Below, piece by piece: positions 34,709 to 46,785 of a stretch of 64,000 nucleotides of DNA. This DNA comes from Schizochytrium sp. TIO01 (Eukaryota > Protista > Bigyra: Labyrinthulomycetes). Made by a program: the position numbers and the translations under genes. Location of the stretch: assembly GCA_004764695.1 (NCBI GenBank), contig SMSO01000037.1, positions 4,750,747-4,814,746 on the forward strand, read 5' to 3'. The first letter of the stretch is position 1, and every line of letters begins with the position of its first letter. The notes beneath the pieces are model-generated. The model made no database searches, was not told the DNA's origin, and was given only the letters and a program-made list of their open reading frames with translations.

Positions 34709-35933
34709 TTTCGTGTCCCGGTGCACTCGCCACCAAGCTGACCTCCCCAGTATCGTCCACAGCTCCCCTGCACAAGCCAGTCAAACCCAGTGCTTCTCCA
34801 ACCTCCTCAAGTTGACGTCTTGGCGTCTCGGCGAACCTCGAGCAAAGCCTCGCCACGCCGGTGATGGGGCGCCATATTCTCAGGTTGTACAGGCAAAGAA
34901 GAACTACTCAATAGAACTAAGGTCTTTCAAAGTTCTCCTTCCTTACTGTTCTCTCTGTGTGCAATCTTAGGATGAGTTTCTTTCTCTCATCTCTTTCGTA
35001 GTTCTTGCACGCCTAGGGTTTACGCTAGCGGGGGCATAACACCCCTGTCTTCCTCTTTCCAAGTTTTCATGCGTTGGTACACACCGTCACTTGTGAGTTC
35101 AATGCTTTCTCTCTCTCTCTCTCAAACCAACAAACTCTGGCACTCCAAGAGAAACTCGACGGCGGCTTAAACCCGTCTAAAGCCTCGAGACGGTTGATCC
35201 ACACACATAAAGACTTGAGCTCGTGCACGACCATAATCACCGCACTGTTGCCCTATCGCGGCAGCCCAGCTCTCAGGGCGGGTGCTTCGGTTTCGCGGCA
35301 GTCAGATCGATGAGGTGTGTCCCGGAGCGTTTCGACCCTAAAAACGGGGCACGGAGAAAAATTAGTTTTACCGAGCCTGCCTCGGACCCAGCCTAAGGCG
35401 AGACCGGTATGGCGTAGATTCGCCGGCGGTGAGGAAGGCGGGCAAATAGAAAGACTCGAAGGAAGGAGGCAAAAGGCCTTCTCGTCCTCTCCAAAGGTCT
35501 GTCTATCTGTCTGTCTACAGCGTAGAGAAGCCATTCAAGGCCATCAAAAGAGGCGTCGATGCAGAGCTCAAAGCGAATGCAGTGGTCGAAGCGAAGGCTG
35601 AAAGGATGGGCGACCTTGAGCCCTTTCAATTTCAGAAAAGCAAACTAATTTGAAGGGGAAACTGATGAAAAGAAAAAGTATTAGAAGAGGCGAAGAAACG
35701 AGGACTCGAACAAGTTTAATAAAATGGAGAGAAGAGCCAAGGTAGCGCCGGCACGAGGCTGGGATTGAAGGAAACGGGGCCTGGGTTGAGCTTGGGAGAC
35801 AAAGGAGACCCCGCGTTGGCGTTGATGCCGGGTTCTCCTGCTCTTGTGAAGGATGAGCTGCTACATTTGCGTACTGGCGCTGCGCTAAGAGGGAGATAAC
35901 GCGTAGGTACGTATATAATATATGCAAATAAAC

Positions 35934-35935
35934 GA

Positions 35936-35979
<44 letters not shown>

Positions 35980-36035
35980 AGGAAAGAAAGAAAGAAAGAA
36001 AGAAAGAAAGAAAAGAAAGAAAAGAAAAGAAAAGA
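35934..36035. repeat. (GAAA)n microsatellite grading into (GAAAA)n
   Basis: About 100 bp of gaaa/gaaaa units read directly. Confidence 0.97.
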
Positions 36036-36964
36036 GAAATGAGGAATTTGAAAGAAACAAACAAGAAATAAGGAGTCGCTTGCGGCACGAACTCCGACGC
36101 AGCGTGGGTACCGGAGACGCAGGCTCTGAGCAGACGTGCAGACCGAGGTGGGGAGCTAGGGATAATCCCTTCGTAAGCTGGCGTCGGCTGGCTCGTCTCC
36201 TCTAGAGTGTGGGCTAACGTAGAGCCAACGCGCACGGGTTGATTTGATTGCCTGATCCATTGATGGAGGTTTGAAACACCCAGACTATTTGCGTTTTCAT
36301 TATATTTTCGCTGATTGAAACAGTTTACTCTGTGAAGAGTCCAGACCTTGCAGCCGTAGTTCGCGACGCAAAAATAAAAACTGCTCTCGATCTCAGACCG
36401 AGAGAAAAGTACTTGTTATAAAAGTCCTGGCAAAGTCCTCGTCATCGCTTGAAAGCATAGTTTCTGCGAAACGCCACGCAAGTTGGTCCTCTGAACGCTG
36501 GAGTTATCTCGTTGCAGTGAGCAGGTGCACAGCCCAACGACGTAAGAATTATAAAGATCGAGGTTCGTCACTGGAGCTTATTGCCGGAAAGCAGACGAAG
36601 CTGAGGGTAAATAGCGTTGGCGAAACTAGTCTCAAAACATTAATTCTCTTGCTATTTTACTCAGGTATCCTTGCTGATTAGGTGCGACTTCCTTCTTTCT
36701 CGTTCTTTGTGTAGCTTCGGGGTGGCTACAAGAATCTAGGACACACGAGCCACCACCGAAGCTACTCACAAGAAGGGAGAAAACGAACTGGATCCCATCT
36801 CTGATCTGGACTTGACGGTGAGCCTAGATTTAATCTTCTTTACTCACTGATACACATCTACAATTTTTTGAAGCGGGATCTTGTAGCAACCTCAGCAGCA
36901 AGATTGGAAATACGGCTACCTAGACTGCTTAGACTGCGAGGTGGCAGCGGGTTGTTGGTTGACA

Positions 36965-39436
36965 ATGAAGACTGTGGATCAAACTACACAATATCTCGGA
37001 GAACACACAGCTGAGGATATCCCACACGTGAAACTTGAAGGTTTCTTGGCGAAACGATCAGCCAAGTCTGGCCGAACGTGGCGCCGACGCTTCTTTGTAT
37101 TGGACGGTACGAAGTTATTCTACTATCGTAGCTCCCGAGACGTGAAGCCTCGTGAAGAAATCGAAATTACGAGCAGTACCTTTGTGAAGAAATCTCCTAC
37201 GCGCCCGTTTTGCCTCGAACTCTGCACCAATCGACAGATTCTTTTCATTTGCGCTGACCAGGAAGAGACGCAGAACCTTTGGCTTGACGCCCTCACCCTC
37301 TCCATCGAAATTGCACGTTTGCAAAGATCACGTGGTGTACCTTCAATGGGGAACAACATCGCTAGTCCTACACCAAGCGATACATTGGTATCGATGCCAA
37401 AAGAAGCGATTTCGAGTACCAGTACCAATAGCAAGACCGGTCTTTCTGAATCTATGCGTGCTTTAACTGTTAGCGAGCATGGTTATAGCAATGACCTGAT
37501 TGGTAAAACTCATCTTGCAGGACCACCAATTCCTCCTTCTGGTATGTCTCCAGACTGCTCTCCAAACAACCGTCACGCAGGAAACTCCAGCATTAATGGA
37601 GGTGGTGCATCAACGAAGATTGATGGTGGAACCCATGGAAATAACCAGGTTGAGCCAGATCTCCCTGATTACCTTGTAAAGCATAACAATTGCGAGGATA
37701 ACGATGATGACAATAATGATGATGACGAGGATAGTTCTTCGCAGCGAGCTATGCAGATTGAGGAGAGCAAATCTTGTGGACATTCTCGCCCAAGCAATGG
37801 AAATCTTGGTCTTCCAACAAACAGCCGAGGTAGTAATAATCTTCATCATCAACATCAAATTAATTCAAGTTCGACTACATCAACATCTTCGGGATCTTCG
37901 GCTAGCACTAATGTAACATCAACGACTGGGTTTGGCCGTGCTTCTAACTTGTTCAGAAGATTTAAGCAGCGACGACGCGGCAGTAGCCAGGGTCAAAGCA
38001 CTTCGTCTGCCTCTGAACCCGCCGTTAGTGAAACCCCTGTAAACAAAGAGAAACGTGGTGAATCTGTTTCAAGTACTGCACTACCTTCGACACGCTCTGA
38101 GCGTGCTGGTTCTCTTAGTGGTGATGCTCAAGCCAATAAGGGACGCACATCCTCCATGGCGAGTCAGGATAGCTTACCTCTTGCTGTAGTTCCTGAACCA
38201 GTGGAGTCTTTCGATGACGCAGAAGCTGCGCCAAAATCCCAGTCGCGCCGTGGATCTACCTGTTCGACCTCATCAAGCCTACAGCGTACTTCGGGGGTCT
38301 TGCGTGCCCGACCCACTCATAGGTTCTCAACACCGGCAACTACGTTTGAGGTTGATACAAGATACTCCTATGTGAAGTCAGTTGGCACAGGTGCTTATGG
38401 TGTCGTCGTTAGCGCCAATGACCGCATATCAGGTGACAAAGTTGCAATTAAGAAAGTTGCTCGAGCGTTTGAGGACCTGGTGGACGCGAAGCGCATTCTG
38501 CGTGAGATCAAACTTCTGCGGCATTTTGACCATGAGAACATAATTAACATCCGTGACTTGATGGCCCCGGCCCGATACAATTATGATGACATTTATATTG
38601 TATCAGAGCTTATGGAAACCGATTTGCACCGTGTAATCTACTCTAAGCAAAAACTCACGAATGATCATATCCAATACTTTGTATATCAAACCCTTCGTGC
38701 TCTCAAGTACATTCACTCAGCGAATGTGATTCATCGTGATCTCAAGCCGTCCAATTTGCTGCTTAACTCAAACTGCGACCTGAAAATTTGCGACTTTGGC
38801 CTCGCTCGTGGCCTTGAGGACTCTAACTTGGAGCTCACAGAGTACGTCGTGACACGGTGGTATCGTGCGCCAGAGATTATGCTTGCTTGCCGTGAATATA
38901 CAAAGTCAATTGATGTGTGGGCTGTGGGCTGTATTTTCGCTGAGCTCCTTGTGCGGAAACCTCTGGTGCCTGGTGAAGATTACATTCATCAGCTGCAGCT
39001 TATCACGGATGTGCTTGGTACACCACGAGAGTCCGATATGCACTTCATTCGTAGTGACAAAGCCAAACGTTTCATGCGTGCTCAACCGCTACGCCCCAAG
39101 CGCAACTATGCCGAAATGTTTCCTAATGCTTCGAGCGAGGGCCTCGATTTACTGGATAAGATGCTTCAATTTAATCCTGACAAACGTATATCCGTGGAGG
39201 ATGCGCTTGCTCACCCCTACCTCGGGACCCTGTACCAGCCAAACGACGAGCCAACGTGCCCGTCTCCTTTTCTTTTTGATGATAATAAACCAGATGATGA
39301 GCTTTGCAAGCGTGATATTCAGGATCAAATCTTGCAGGAAGTTCTTCTCTTTCATCCTGAAGATGCTCCTCGCTTCATTGCGGAACAAAAGGCTGCAAAC
39401 CCCGATGCAGCTTTTCCACTCCAGGCTCCAGCATGA
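36965..39436 (+). CDS. PH-domain-containing MAP kinase (TEY activation loop)
   Basis: N-terminal PH domain (LEGFLAKRS..TWRRRFFVLDG.KLFYY..WLDAL), long Ser/Asn-rich linker, kinase motifs GTGAYG, VAIKK, HRDLKPSN, DFGLAR, TEYVVTRWYRAPE. Confidence 0.95.
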   Translation: MKTVDQTTQYLGEHTAEDIPHVKLEGFLAKRSAKSGRTWRRRFFVLDGTKLFYYRSSRDVKPREEIEITSSTFVKKSPTRPFCLELCTNRQILFICADQEETQNLWLDALTLSIEIARLQRSRGVPSMGNNIASPTPSDTLVSMPKEAISSTSTNSKTGLSESMRALTVSEHGYSNDLIGKTHLAGPPIPPSGMSPDCSPNNRHAGNSSINGGGASTKIDGGTHGNNQVEPDLPDYLVKHNNCEDNDDDNNDDDEDSSSQRAMQIEESKSCGHSRPSNGNLGLPTNSRGSNNLHHQHQINSSSTTSTSSGSSASTNVTSTTGFGRASNLFRRFKQRRRGSSQGQSTSSASEPAVSETPVNKEKRGESVSSTALPSTRSERAGSLSGDAQANKGRTSSMASQDSLPLAVVPEPVESFDDAEAAPKSQSRRGSTCSTSSSLQRTSGVLRARPTHRFSTPATTFEVDTRYSYVKSVGTGAYGVVVSANDRISGDKVAIKKVARAFEDLVDAKRILREIKLLRHFDHENIINIRDLMAPARYNYDDIYIVSELMETDLHRVIYSKQKLTNDHIQYFVYQTLRALKYIHSANVIHRDLKPSNLLLNSNCDLKICDFGLARGLEDSNLELTEYVVTRWYRAPEIMLACREYTKSIDVWAVGCIFAELLVRKPLVPGEDYIHQLQLITDVLGTPRESDMHFIRSDKAKRFMRAQPLRPKRNYAEMFPNASSEGLDLLDKMLQFNPDKRISVEDALAHPYLGTLYQPNDEPTCPSPFLFDDNKPDDELCKRDIQDQILQEVLLFHPEDAPRFIAEQKAANPDAAFPLQAPA

Positions 39437-40470
39437 AAGTCGCTACCAAGTCTGTCACCCATTTCTTTCTATTATAAATTCATGAAAGCATGCACTCTCA
39501 GTACTAACTCAATCTTATTTTTTTCATTTTTATTATTTATGATCATCGAAAAGGTCCTTCTTTGATAGATACATCATCTCGCAAGGGCTCGAATCTGCTA
39601 GCAATTAAGAAAGATGCTCCGAATGTGCCTGTCTATCCAACTTGTTTGATACATGGCGGGTTCTTTCACAGTTCTTTCCTACTTTCATACTTTCTGAGAA
39701 AGAACGATAGTGCTACCAGAGCTCCATTTTAAATATAAACAGGCACCTCATTCCTAGCAACGAAAACACTTCTGACGACTTATCACTACCATTTGATGCA
39801 ACACCATTGTTGCTCGTCGAGGAGGTTATTACCCATGAGCGCAGTCACCGATCAAATAATTTCTAGACTTACATGAGCTTAGAAGCTGTGAATACAAAAC
39901 CAAAGCGTGTGCCAAATCATGTCTGGCTCAGATAGTAAATAGTACAAGCGACCAATAATCTGAGCACAAATACTCTCTTTACAAGTACAAGAAGCAAGCT
40001 ATTTTTTTCCTTCCTCTAATACCATCATAAGACATCATCAACATAAGAAGGTATCAGCACCACACAGGGAATGTTTGCTGGAACTGATTACGAGCCAAGT
40101 TAGAACAGTATCGAACCTCAGGCTATCTATTCACAAGCAAAAGAGAGAAGCAAAACAAGTCAGATAAAACCCATGTGGAGGAAATTTGGGAAGGGGGGGA
40201 AGACTTCACAAGAAAATACTCCGGAGCAAGAGGAGTCTATCAAACAATCGTTTTCGAAACGAGCCAGTAATAAAATGCTTTCATTACGTGTGGATCACAG
40301 AGAGAGCGTCAAGAATCAGCAAGTTTGGAACACACATGGCTGAACAGACAGTGCTGTGGCGCATCATCTGTGTTCCAATGGATATCGACTGAGAGACACA
40401 AGCTAAAAATTCAAGTCGCAAAGATGTGGTTATAGTGAAGATGCAATCAGGGCACGATAAGACACACTGC

Positions 40471-40836
40471 TTAGTAGCCGTCACCACCCTCCTCGCCACC
40501 GAAGAGACCGCCACCACCGACGTCAACCTCCTCTTCTTCTTCCTCTTCCTCCTCTTCTGCGGCCTCAGCAGCGGCACCGCCAGCAGCGGCACCACCAGCG
40601 GCGGCACCACCACCGCCGATCTTGGTGGAGCTCATGATGAGCTCGTTGACATCGACCTTGGCGAGGAGGCCGGCAAAGAGAGAGGGCCAGTAGGCCTCAA
40701 CCTCGTTGCCGCTGGCCTCGACGAGCTCAGCGATCTTGTCAGCAGTGATCTCAGCGCCGGCATCCTGGAGGATGAGGGCGGCGTAGACGCAGCACGCCTC
40801 GTCGTGCTCGTCCTTGGAAAGCTGTGCGAGGGACAT
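40471..40836 (-). CDS. RPLP1: 60S acidic ribosomal protein P1
   Basis: EACCVYAALILQD, EVEAYWPSLFA, Gly/Ala hinge, poly-Glu tract, GGGLFG C-terminus; strong C/G-ending codon bias. ATG at 40836. Confidence 0.95.
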   Translation of the reverse strand: MSLAQLSKDEHDEACCVYAALILQDAGAEITADKIAELVEASGNEVEAYWPSLFAGLLAKVDVNELIMSSTKIGGGGAAAGGAAAGGAAAEAAEEEEEEEEEEVDVGGGGLFGGEEGGDGY

Positions 40837-41550
40837 TTTCTTTAATGCAAGAACAGTTCCCAACTGCCCTAAATATAACTGTGAACATGTACAAACAAGA
40901 GCCAATCAAAGAATCAAGGCAACCACCGAAAGTCAGTCTTCATATTCTGTAAAACATCTCTTCTCTCCCGAACAGCGCACTATTTCCGGTTCTAACTCCT
41001 GGAGTTCTATTCCTGAGCGTCGGAGCATGAGTGAGAGAGTCTATGCTTACAGAGCTTCATTGAACGAAGCAAACATCAGCGCAACATATTCTCATTAAAC
41101 GACAATGTATGGATGGCCAACCAAGTGTGATGAAACAAAGACTGCCTAGAACAACTTCGTCTTCGCTCAATCGACCATCCTTCGCGTTTCTTCCCTCAGA
41201 TCTACGCCGCATTCAACACGCAGGCACAACCGCTTGCCATTGAAGGTTGTCGGCGGAGACAGCCAACCTCTGCAAAGGAAACTTCAAACTCGGCAAGAGC
41301 CGCCCCACCCCGGTGGTCCTCATGCCGCATGCAAGTCGCACATGCGGGCCAGCACTTGCCGTGGGCCCGTCCTCAGTACATCCAGCAGTGCAAGAGCGCA
41401 CAGGACGCCGCAGCAGGCGCCCTCGCGCTGCCCCGTCGCCCTCATCCTCGTCCTCGTTGGCACCTACCTCTCAATGACTCTGGTCTGCTGGTGGCGCCGC
41501 CGCAGAGAGCGAGAACGAGGCTCCTCCATTGAGGAAAGGGTGTCGGGCCT

Positions 41551-41563
41551 ACCCTAACCCTAG
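41551..41563 (-). promoter_or_regulatory. Telo-box-like element (ACCCTAACCCTAG) upstream of the probable RPLP1 non-coding first exon
   Basis: Two telomere-like units about 85 bp upstream of a GAG|GTAGGT donor at 41467 on the minus strand. Function inferred by analogy only. Confidence 0.4.
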
Positions 41564-44500
41564 AGTAGAAGCAGCTAGCAGACCTCTACTGCCGCGGTGA
41601 CTCTAATAGTCGTAGTAATAGAACCATCCGGAACCTGAATAGGCCTTTTAATGGGTTTCGCCGTCGGAGTGATAGGCCGGGGGTGGTAAGGAGTAAGGGG
41701 TAATAAGAGGGTTCTATCTAATACTATGTACCAGGTGCAAGGTTGGTAGTGGGAAGCAAAGGCGGGTGGTGCAGAAGGGAGATAGGTTAAGGGTAGATTA
41801 AGGCACTGTATGTATGGTAAAGGGGGCAGTAAGGGAGTATATGCAGTTATATGGGATGTACGAGCTGGATAGTAGTTTCTAAATAAGAGGAGAGCAAGCT
41901 TGGAGGAAGCTAGGTGAGTAGAGGTAGTAGGTGGCTAAGGAAGTTCATGATTAGGGAATGAGATAGGATTGTTAGTAGGACTGAGTGGGTTATTGATGGA
42001 GTAATGTTGAAAGGGCTAGCAAAAAGAATTAGTGGTGATGATCATAGTAGTGGCTAGAGATTAGGTAGCATTCTGGCACGGTTCTATGTTGGTTCTTTGA
42101 TGATTTTGAATATATGGATTCCTAAAGTTTTAAATAGGGAGGGAGCTCGATGGGAGAGATTGACGGAGGATCACGAACACCACGACTCCTTATTGGAGGT
42201 AGAAGGCGCAGTAGTAGTTGTAATTGGCTTAATTGTATTGATTGTGGGCTCACGCAGCAGTAGGTAGGTTTCTGCCTACCCAGATACGTACTGCGTAGGG
42301 AGGAAGTGAGCCGATTAAGGCCTTGCGACTTGAGATCGGGTGTTATAGAAGACAAAGAATAGGTATAATTAAATCCCTCAATAATCCTGGAGGTCTTCTA
42401 CCATGAATACTTCAAGTTACAACAATACATGCTAGGTAGGTAATAGTAGCTCCTAACAAAAACTATAATCAAGGCGGAGACTGCGAGCATCTGTCGCTTG
42501 ACAGTACTAGCTAGGTACGTAGCTAGCAATGCATCATGACAAGCACTTTCCCTTCTCTTGAACGTAATATATTTTTTCGAGTTGGGTCGCGCTATGTTAT
42601 TTTCGCTTTGCATGAAGGTGGGTGGAAAGTCTGTTACCAATGTACAAAACAAGTATAACACGACAAATACAGTAGGATAGGCAATAAAGCGATGATTTCC
42701 ACGCTGATTCTTGTATAACTAGAGCATATTGTAACCTAGAGGAAAACTAGATCAACTTTATATTAACAGGAAAATAGGAGATGGCTTACGGGTGTGTGAG
42801 GACGCAGACAACCTGTAAAGGTGGACACTCTTGGATTGACTCGTAAATAGACTTGCTGTTGAAATTATGATCAAAAGACATCCGAGTTTAACACAGGAAG
42901 CACCTTTTTGCGTTTCGCATTAACCTCTTTATCGTGATGTCCTCCTTTTCAAAAGCTTGAAGTTTTCAGTTTTTCAGGTTCTATTGTCTCCATATTCCGG
43001 GAGCAGCTGCTTGCTACCATGGTATTCTTGATGTTATACTAGCTGTTGTTTGGATGCTGTCCTCGTGAACTATTTGCGCAGCTGTTCACGGAAATTGTGA
43101 GGCCATATGTAAAACTTGGCGTATAACTTGAGGCTCAAGTCAACTCAAGGTTGGCTTCCCTTTTTGACATTTTTTCACACGAGTAGTTAAGCTACTGTCT
43201 ACTTACTAGACAGCATTCCGCGCAATGCATTCCAAGTAGTAGATCGTGTAACCTTAGTGCTAACTACCCGTAATGGCACACTTGAAAAGATAGAGAGCGC
43301 CAGGGAGACCATTCGTGTCGTGACTCGTGAACATCTAGGAAGGCACCTACCATGGTAATTTGAGGCTTCAAATAGATGCAATTGGTTATCTCTTTACACA
43401 ATAGCATGACGAGAGTACAACAGGCAGCTAAACCCAATGTCAACCACTGAACGGCTGTCCAACGGTGCAACTTTTTAAGGTGAACCCTTGTCGCCTGTCA
43501 GCCATTCAAGGCAGTGGCAGCTCTCCTGAAATCGTCACCAGCACGTTTTCATGAGTTGTATGCGCACACTGGTGGTCAACGGCCTGACGTTGGTCCCTAA
43601 TGCAACAAATGTATCCAAACCATCATGTTATCGTGGATCTGACCTTTTTCTATTTTACGGCATCTCCAGACCACTCCTCAAACCATCGCTCACGCATCTA
43701 TCTGAACAAGGTTTTATTGTGCCATCCTCTCAGAAATCGATTTTGGAAAAGAAATTAAAAAGAGTCCTTGGACTTGCCACCAAAAAAATCAAGATTCAAG
43801 AACTTGAACTGCCTCTTCAGGCCTGCTTACCTTGTCCCTTGGCGATGATGCCAGTGAGCTGTCACCAATACTCAGTCCTGGCAAATTCCACCTTAATCAA
43901 GGAGGCAGCGCCTCCAATGTTCAACTTGTCCAATTTAATTCGCTCCCTTTTGAAACAGTCATAAGCTTAAGATCCCAGCAAAAGTTTGCTTTTCTTTGAC
44001 CAGCTTTGCTATACCTACGTCTAGTAGCTATCTTTATTTACATAGCAGGCGCCTAATTATAAACACTAATCATGGCAGATTTGTTGAAAGGGGAGGGGGG
44101 AGGGGGGGCTCTGCGCACCTTTGTACGTCCTGCACCGAAGACCCCCCTGTTATTGTGAATATGTTCGCCGTCAAGACCTGCAAACATTCCTTTTATACCC
44201 CTCCCAGTATCTTTTTCTTTCTCTCTGTACCTACGTACTTGTCGTGAGCAATTATTCTTTCATTACTAAGATTTCCTACGTTCGTATTTTCTCGATTCCT
44301 GAGCAATTCCGCTTCTTGATACCTCGAGAAGCTAGCTCAGCCAGGAGAGCGTAGAAGGCCAAGTAAGGGCCGAAGCGACCCGTCGTGGATCTCTCCTTCC
44401 GCGCACTACTTCACGTGCCTCGTTTCAAGCGAGTGAGACACAATCTCTCAGCCATTCCATCTCTGAGGCGCAGCTAGCAGGCACCTCCGCACCGTTCTAA

Positions 44501-44666
44501 ACACTCGTATCTCTGAAGACCGTCTAGGCTTCGAGAGGACACCGCGGGCGTCCTCTTCACGCCTTTGCCTAGCATCAACTTAGATCCAAGTTACGTTTCA
44601 TACTTAACACCAAGCTCAAATTCAAATCCAAGTTCAAATCCGAACGCAAGGCAACGCAAACCCGCC

Positions 44667-46785
44667 ATGAGTGAGTCAGCTTCCCGCGCGTCTCCTCGAA
44701 GCGCTCGAGTTCGCACGTACAGCAGTGCTGGTCGCCGATCAAGCGCGATGTCACGCCAAGCCTCTAGCGGCTCTGGAGAGGGTGGGTCAACACCAAGCGG
44801 CGTGGGTGCCTCCTCGCGAGCACTACTTTCTCAGGGCCGCCGCGGCGACCTGGAAAGTACCGGCGTCGAGGCTGCGAAAGATGCCGCGGTAGAGACTATG
44901 ATAGAGGACAACGCATATGAGCGAATCATTTTGCACACACCTGATACAACTCGTGAAATCGTGAAGGAGATGGTTGTCGACAAGTATGTACAGGACCTCG
45001 AAGAGGCTAGCGATGAGGATGATGGCGACGATGACGGGCACGGTGGTGGCAGTGGCGGAGGCCGCGCTGAACCTGACAACCAACTGCAGCGCACGGCTTC
45101 TCATCCGGATCTTGGGCTTAGGCTCTACCCAGAGGTACCGCAAGCATCGGATATTAATGTGCCCGGTGGATTTCGCAGAGACTTTGTGCTCACAGGAAGA
45201 TCGCCGTCGATCGGAGGGGCAGCAGCGACGCAGGGGACAGTACCAGAAGCAGCGCAGACAAGCTTTCTTGAATCGCTGATGAATACAAACTCAGCAACGC
45301 TCTACGCATGGGTAGATGACGGACTGGCGTCGGACTCAGATTCTGAGGACGAGAGCGACTTCGAGATGGGCAATACAACGTCCCAGGAGATCCACGAGGT
45401 ATCAGATGGTATTTAGCTCATATAACAGCCGAACTTTGGCGAGACGCAACTCAGACTTTCAGAATGACGAGACCACAAAGTCTGGAAATAAGAAAACCTT
45501 GTTCACGCTCATTAAATGCTTTGTAGCTACTGGCGTGCTGTTTCTTCCAAACGCGTTTAAGAGCGCCGGCTTGGTGGCTGGTGTTATAACCATGCTCATT
45601 ATTGGTGCAATGAGTCTTTACGGAATCCTTCTGCTGATTGCAACTCGAGAAAGGGTCGAGGAGGGTTCGCATGGGCAACCTACGCCGTCAACGCCATTGC
45701 TCTCATCAGAGGCCAATGCGGCTGTCACAGATGCGTTGTTTCCGCGGCGGCCCGTGTCGATCGGTACCTATGCCCACCTCGGAGGAGCTATTTTGGGCCG
45801 GCCCGGCAAGAGACTCGTGGAGACTTCCATTATGTTCTCGCAAATTGGGTTCTGTTGCGTATATGTATCTTTTTCCGGTAACACCCTGGCACAAGCCGCT
45901 GAGGCATGGGCCTCCGAGTCGCGTCCTGGTGATACTGCACCGGCTCTCCCGCTCGAGGCCTACATGGCGCTTGTTGTGCCAATCATCATTCCGCTTACAC
46001 TCATTCGCCATCTAAAACACTTTGCCATCCCGAACCTCATTGCTAACATCTTTGTAGCCATCTCGCTCACATATATTTTCATTGAGGCTGTTCTATCCAT
46101 CTCGCGCCACAGCGTGCACACAGACTGGACTTGCACGGTTGGCGACCCAAAGTCGGCCTGCTTCTGGTTCAACCCATCAACCTACTCCATTTTTCTTGGT
46201 TCTAGCGTGTACGTATTTGAAGGAATCTCCCTTGTCATTCCGATTCAGAACAGCATGCGAAGACACGAGGATCTCCCAGACATGATGATTGGCGTAGTGG
46301 CATGTGTCTCTGTCCTCTTTGCAGCATTTGGTGGCCTCAACTTTTACGCCTACGGCGCCGATACCAAGCCAATTATTATTGATAATATGCCTACTGATGG
46401 CAAGATTGCTGTCAGTGCACTTTTCATTGCCGTTGCAGTCTTCATGTTCCCGCTTATGGTATTCCCTGCCGCCCGCATTATTGAAAAGCGACTTTTCAAG
46501 AAGCTTCGTCGATCTGGGTACAAATGGCAGAAGAATGCTATCCGCACGATGATTGTGATTTTCTGTCTGCTTGTTTCTATTGGAGCTGGCGAAAAGGTTG
46601 ACAAACTTGTGGCTGTCATCGGAGGTTTGTTTTGTGTTCCTCTCGCTCTTGTCTACCCACCTTTGCTCTACCTTGGTGCTGGTGCTGCTCCGAATGTGAT
46701 GCACAGGTTTGGTGCAACTTTGCTTCTTATTTTGGGATCTCTTGCGGCATTACTTTCATCAATTACTGCGCTCGCCAACTTTTAA
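44667..46785 (+). CDS. Vacuolar amino-acid transporter, Avt3/Avt4 (AAAP / Aa_trans) family; predicted intron 45399-45462
   Basis: The first ORF has the Avt4-type ASDINVPGGFRR motif and an acidic tract. The second has LIKCFVATGVLFLPNAF, SQIGFCCVY, VYVFEGISLVIPI and FPLMVFPA. A 64-nt GTATCA...TTTCAG intron joins them in phase 0 (~684 aa). Confidence 0.88.

Noticed and set aside
35716-36235. Phe/Leu/Ser-rich ORFs resembling membrane proteins
   Set aside because: Translation of the (TTTC)n microsatellite.
38865-39485. 206-aa alternative-frame ORF inside the MAPK
   Set aside because: Non-ATG start, overlaps a highly conserved kinase domain, no protein-like features.
39585-39602. GGGCTCGAATC resembling a tRNA T-arm
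   Set aside because: Not a canonical TTCGA loop, and no cloverleaf could be built around it.
40930-41130. Possible intronic snoRNA in the RPLP1 leader intron
   Set aside because: Only short hairpins; no convincing C/D (RTGATGA/CTGA) or H/ACA arrangement by eye. An Infernal/Rfam scan would be needed.
42800-43970. Coding-like fragments on both strands
   Set aside because: Multiple stops and no identifiable motif; cannot be called a gene or an element.
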